A stretch of DNA of 63,396 nucleotides, the filler included, from a bacterium (GTDB lineage Bacteria; JALSQH01), in NCBI GenBank assembly GCA_026985515.1. It is 3 parts of 3 records of this genome, joined end to end, with 100 filler letters (N's around TTAATTAATTAA, not from the genome) between each part and the next. Parts side by side here need not be neighbours in the genome. Positions count along the whole stretch, not along the records: positions 42,388 to 63,396 come from JALSQH010000009.1; 2 more parts are not named here. One strand, written 5' to 3'. The position numbers and the translations under genes were made by a program. Below are positions 60,920-63,396 of the stretch, one piece after another. The stretch's first letter is position 1. Every line of letters begins with the position of its first letter. Below the pieces are notes generated by a model. That model was not told where the DNA came from, ran no database searches, and saw only the letters and a list, made by a program, of their open reading frames with translations.

Positions 60920-62288
60920 GATATTCTGGTTACTTTTTCTTTTCCCTTTATCGCTTTTTGCCAGTGGAAACATAATAAAATGGAGTGGGGGAAACAGGAT
61001 TCAACTTTTTTATCTCTCCTCCCCTGATCTGGCCTTTGAAGGTGAAAATTATCTTCTTGTAAAACCATGGATTGAAGTTCCAGGTTTTGAAATAGATTTC
61101 CTTCCTTTCCTGAAGGTGAATGTTAAGTTATTCAGGAAAAATGAGCGAATTTATGAAACTGCTCTTTTACCTGCATTGATAAGTGAGTATGGCCTCGTGT
61201 ACTGTGCCACCATAGGAGAGGAGTATTTGGAATCAGCTGATAAAATGGTACTGGTAATAGGTCCCGATAGGGGAATGGTGAAGGATGAAATTGAGGATGA
61301 AGGATCCATACTCGATTCAACTTATATGGTGACCCTCTATCAAATTTCAGTGAGTGATGCTACCCTTGTATGGAAACAGCATTCAGTGAAAAGAATAAGT
61401 GGGATTTTCTATCCCTGGGATTTTCATGAAGATATCCTCAGGATAGTAAATGTAATTGTGCAGGCTGGGAATGACAGTGGAAGTACTCTTGCAAATGATA
61501 TCACCCTTCTAAAGAAAAGATACATTTTTGAGGATAATGATGAGAAGCAGCTTATCTCTCTTGCCTCTAATTTTCTTGCAGAAGGAAAGGAAACTTCTGC
61601 AAGAATGATTCTGAAGGCGTTGAGTTTTTATGCGATAAAGGAAGTTCTTCATGGAACTGTCACATCTTATGAGGATGTTGAAAAGATCTGGGTTTGGGGA
61701 AAGGGTTTTTACAGTTTGCTGGGTAAATGTGGAAAGTCAGATGAATGGGATTCTCTTCTGTACAGTGCAAGAATTGAAGTGTTGATGGGTGAAGATCCCC
61801 TTGCAAATATTCTTGGAAGCTGGGGGTTACTGCTTAACTGTGCAGGAGATAGATATTACAGAGATGTAACCTCAGCCACTTATGAAGCGTTAAGCGAAGC
61901 TGAAGGGTTGCTTTACTTTTTCAAACCTGTTGCTGAGGAAATATCATTTAATACAGAATCATGGGAGAAGTCTCTTACAAGTTACTCTCATCCATCAACT
62001 GAACCTGTTTTTTATGTATTCTCATTTTTGAGAGAGGCTATTTCTTATTACATGGACAGAAGCGAAGAGGGTGAATCCTACTTCCTGAACTTTGTTTCAG
62101 GTCTGGTGGAACTTGCTGGAAACTGGGTTTTTGAGAGATTGGGTGGGGATGCCTTTTCGACATTTAACAACGATTTCAATATATGGAAATCTGCTGTGCT
62201 TTCAGAGAATTATGCTGTGGCGAGGGATGCCAGACTGGATCTTCTTGGTATCATGAATCAACTCATTGAGAGTGTGGGAGGGAAATGA
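60906..62288 (+). CDS. hypothetical exported protein
   Basis: Signal peptide ending SLFA; overlaps neighbouring genes. Confidence 0.75.
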   Translation: MRNSKIFWLLFLFPLSLFASGNIIKWSGGNRIQLFYLSSPDLAFEGENYLLVKPWIEVPGFEIDFLPFLKVNVKLFRKNERIYETALLPALISEYGLVYCATIGEEYLESADKMVLVIGPDRGMVKDEIEDEGSILDSTYMVTLYQISVSDATLVWKQHSVKRISGIFYPWDFHEDILRIVNVIVQAGNDSGSTLANDITLLKKRYIFEDNDEKQLISLASNFLAEGKETSARMILKALSFYAIKEVLHGTVTSYEDVEKIWVWGKGFYSLLGKCGKSDEWDSLLYSARIEVLMGEDPLANILGSWGLLLNCAGDRYYRDVTSATYEALSEAEGLLYFFKPVAEEISFNTESWEKSLTSYSHPSTEPVFYVFSFLREAISYYMDRSEEGESYFLNFVSGLVELAGNWVFERLGGDAFSTFNNDFNIWKSAVLSENYAVARDARLDLLGIMNQLIESVGGK

Positions 62289-62830
62289 TGAAAAAGTTTT
62301 TGGTCCTGCCCATCTTTTTGTTCCTCTTCTCCTGCTCTTCAAGTGTAATTGACATTCCCAAAGATTTTCACCCACATGTAATTTTTTCAGGTATTGCTGA
62401 TGAAATGATAGAATACTCCCTCACAGTTTATCCACCCATGAGATTAAGGTACAGTGGTGAGCTATTTCTACCGGTTAGAGAAGATGCTGATCTGAGTTTT
62501 GTCTTCACTGCAAAATTTGCAAAAAGAATAGGAAACCTGTCAGAATCAACTTTCTTACCCGATTTAAAGGTAACCCTCTACATCAAAGAAAAGAGCGGAA
62601 AAAACTGGTACGAATATACATTTGTGCCTTTTCTTCTCAACGGGGAGTGGAGTTACCTCGCTCAAATAATTTTGCCCTTCAGTTCAAATGAATACAGAAT
62701 GAAACTGAGAGTAGTCAAAGGAGATATGAAATTCTCAACTGATCTGATGATGCTTTTCAGAAACACACCTATGATTGGTGTCCCCTTTGAGAAGGAGTTT
62801 ACCCTTAATCGGATAGATCTCATCGAATAA
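62285..62830 (+). CDS. hypothetical lipoprotein
   Basis: Lipobox LFSC; beta-rich. Confidence 0.75.
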   Translation: MMKKFLVLPIFLFLFSCSSSVIDIPKDFHPHVIFSGIADEMIEYSLTVYPPMRLRYSGELFLPVREDADLSFVFTAKFAKRIGNLSESTFLPDLKVTLYIKEKSGKNWYEYTFVPFLLNGEWSYLAQIILPFSSNEYRMKLRVVKGDMKFSTDLMMLFRNTPMIGVPFEKEFTLNRIDLIE

Positions 62831-62867
62831 GAAGAACAATTTTAATGGAAGAGGAGTCCTAAAAGAC

Positions 62868-63396
62868 ATGAAGCAATTCCCGGTACTGTACGAAGATAAA
62901 GCACTCCAGAAATACATTAAGGAAATTGAAAAAATTCCTCTCTTAACACCGGAAGAAGAGTTTGAACTTGCCAGAAGGTATTATGAAACAAAGGATCCAG
63001 AAGCTGCAAAGAAATTGATCCTTTCCAATTTGAGGTTTGTGGTGAAAATTGCAATGGAATACAGGAATTATGGTGTGAGACTTCTTGATCTTATTCAGGA
63101 GGGCAACATAGGGTTGATGACTGCTCTTCAGAAATTTGATCCATATAAAGGATACAGGTTTATCACCTACGCTGTGTGGTGGATACGCGCCTACATCCAG
63201 AGATATATTTTGAAAAACATGAAAATTGTGGGGATGGGGACAACGGAACTTGAAAGGAAGCTGATTTACAAACTTGGACCAACGAAAAACGCACTTATGT
63301 TACAGGCTGGAGAACAGGTTTCGTCGGAAGATGTGGCGAAGGAGCTCGGTGTTTCTGCCAGAGATGTGGAGGAGATGGAAAACAGATTGTTCACAC
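62868..63396 (+). CDS. sigma70-family sigma factor, RpoH-like (3' truncated; absent from the ORF track)
   Basis: LQKYIKEIEKIPLLTPEEE, SNLRFVVKIAMEY, DLIQEGNIGLM, FDPYKGYRFITYAVWWIRAYI. Confidence 0.92.
   Translation, partial: MKQFPVLYEDKALQKYIKEIEKIPLLTPEEEFELARRYYETKDPEAAKKLILSNLRFVVKIAMEYRNYGVRLLDLIQEGNIGLMTALQKFDPYKGYRFITYAVWWIRAYIQRYILKNMKIVGMGTTELERKLIYKLGPTKNALMLQAGEQVSSEDVAKELGVSARDVEEMENRLFT

Overview
The window is three contigs joined by artificial 100-nt spacers (44 N + TTAATTAATTAA + 44 N, at 21175-21274 and 42288-42387), so gene order across the gaps is meaningless. The organism is a diderm bacterium, probably thermophilic (E/K-rich proteins, AGA/AGG Arg codons), with Deltaproteobacteria-like gene order; this taxonomy is inference. 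Contig 1 holds tRNA-Val, thrS-infC-rpmI-rplT-pheS-pheT-ihfA-merR-like-tRNA-Pro-surE-yqaA-nlpD-like, a PerR/Fur-peroxiredoxin pair and an orphan MNT. It continues with a hydrolase plus an ArsA/Get3-like ATPase pair, EF-G2, tRNA-Arg(GCG), a 6x19-aa repeat protein and a giant Cys-patterned TadE-like pilin. Contig 2 holds the S10-spc-alpha ribosomal cluster, which lacks rpmD, converging on a complete trpEGDCFBA operon with an apparent tandem-terminator attenuator. Contig 3 holds a broken FadL-like gene, a B12 acyl-CoA mutase operon with isobutyryl-CoA-mutase signature residues, and a sigma54/IHF/UAS promoter driving two unknown genes. It also holds a Mo-oxidoreductase, acyl-CoA synthetase, thiolase, O-antigen-ligase-like/TPR protein, TetR, a porin plus LNS2 lipoprotein and a partial RpoH-like sigma. 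The most novel-looking signals are a ~165-nt structured non-coding element present twice (18598-18763 and 53190-53352), the repeat protein/giant pilin locus, the five-segment trp attenuator and the sigma54-controlled islet. All calls come from reading motifs by eye; no database searches were run.
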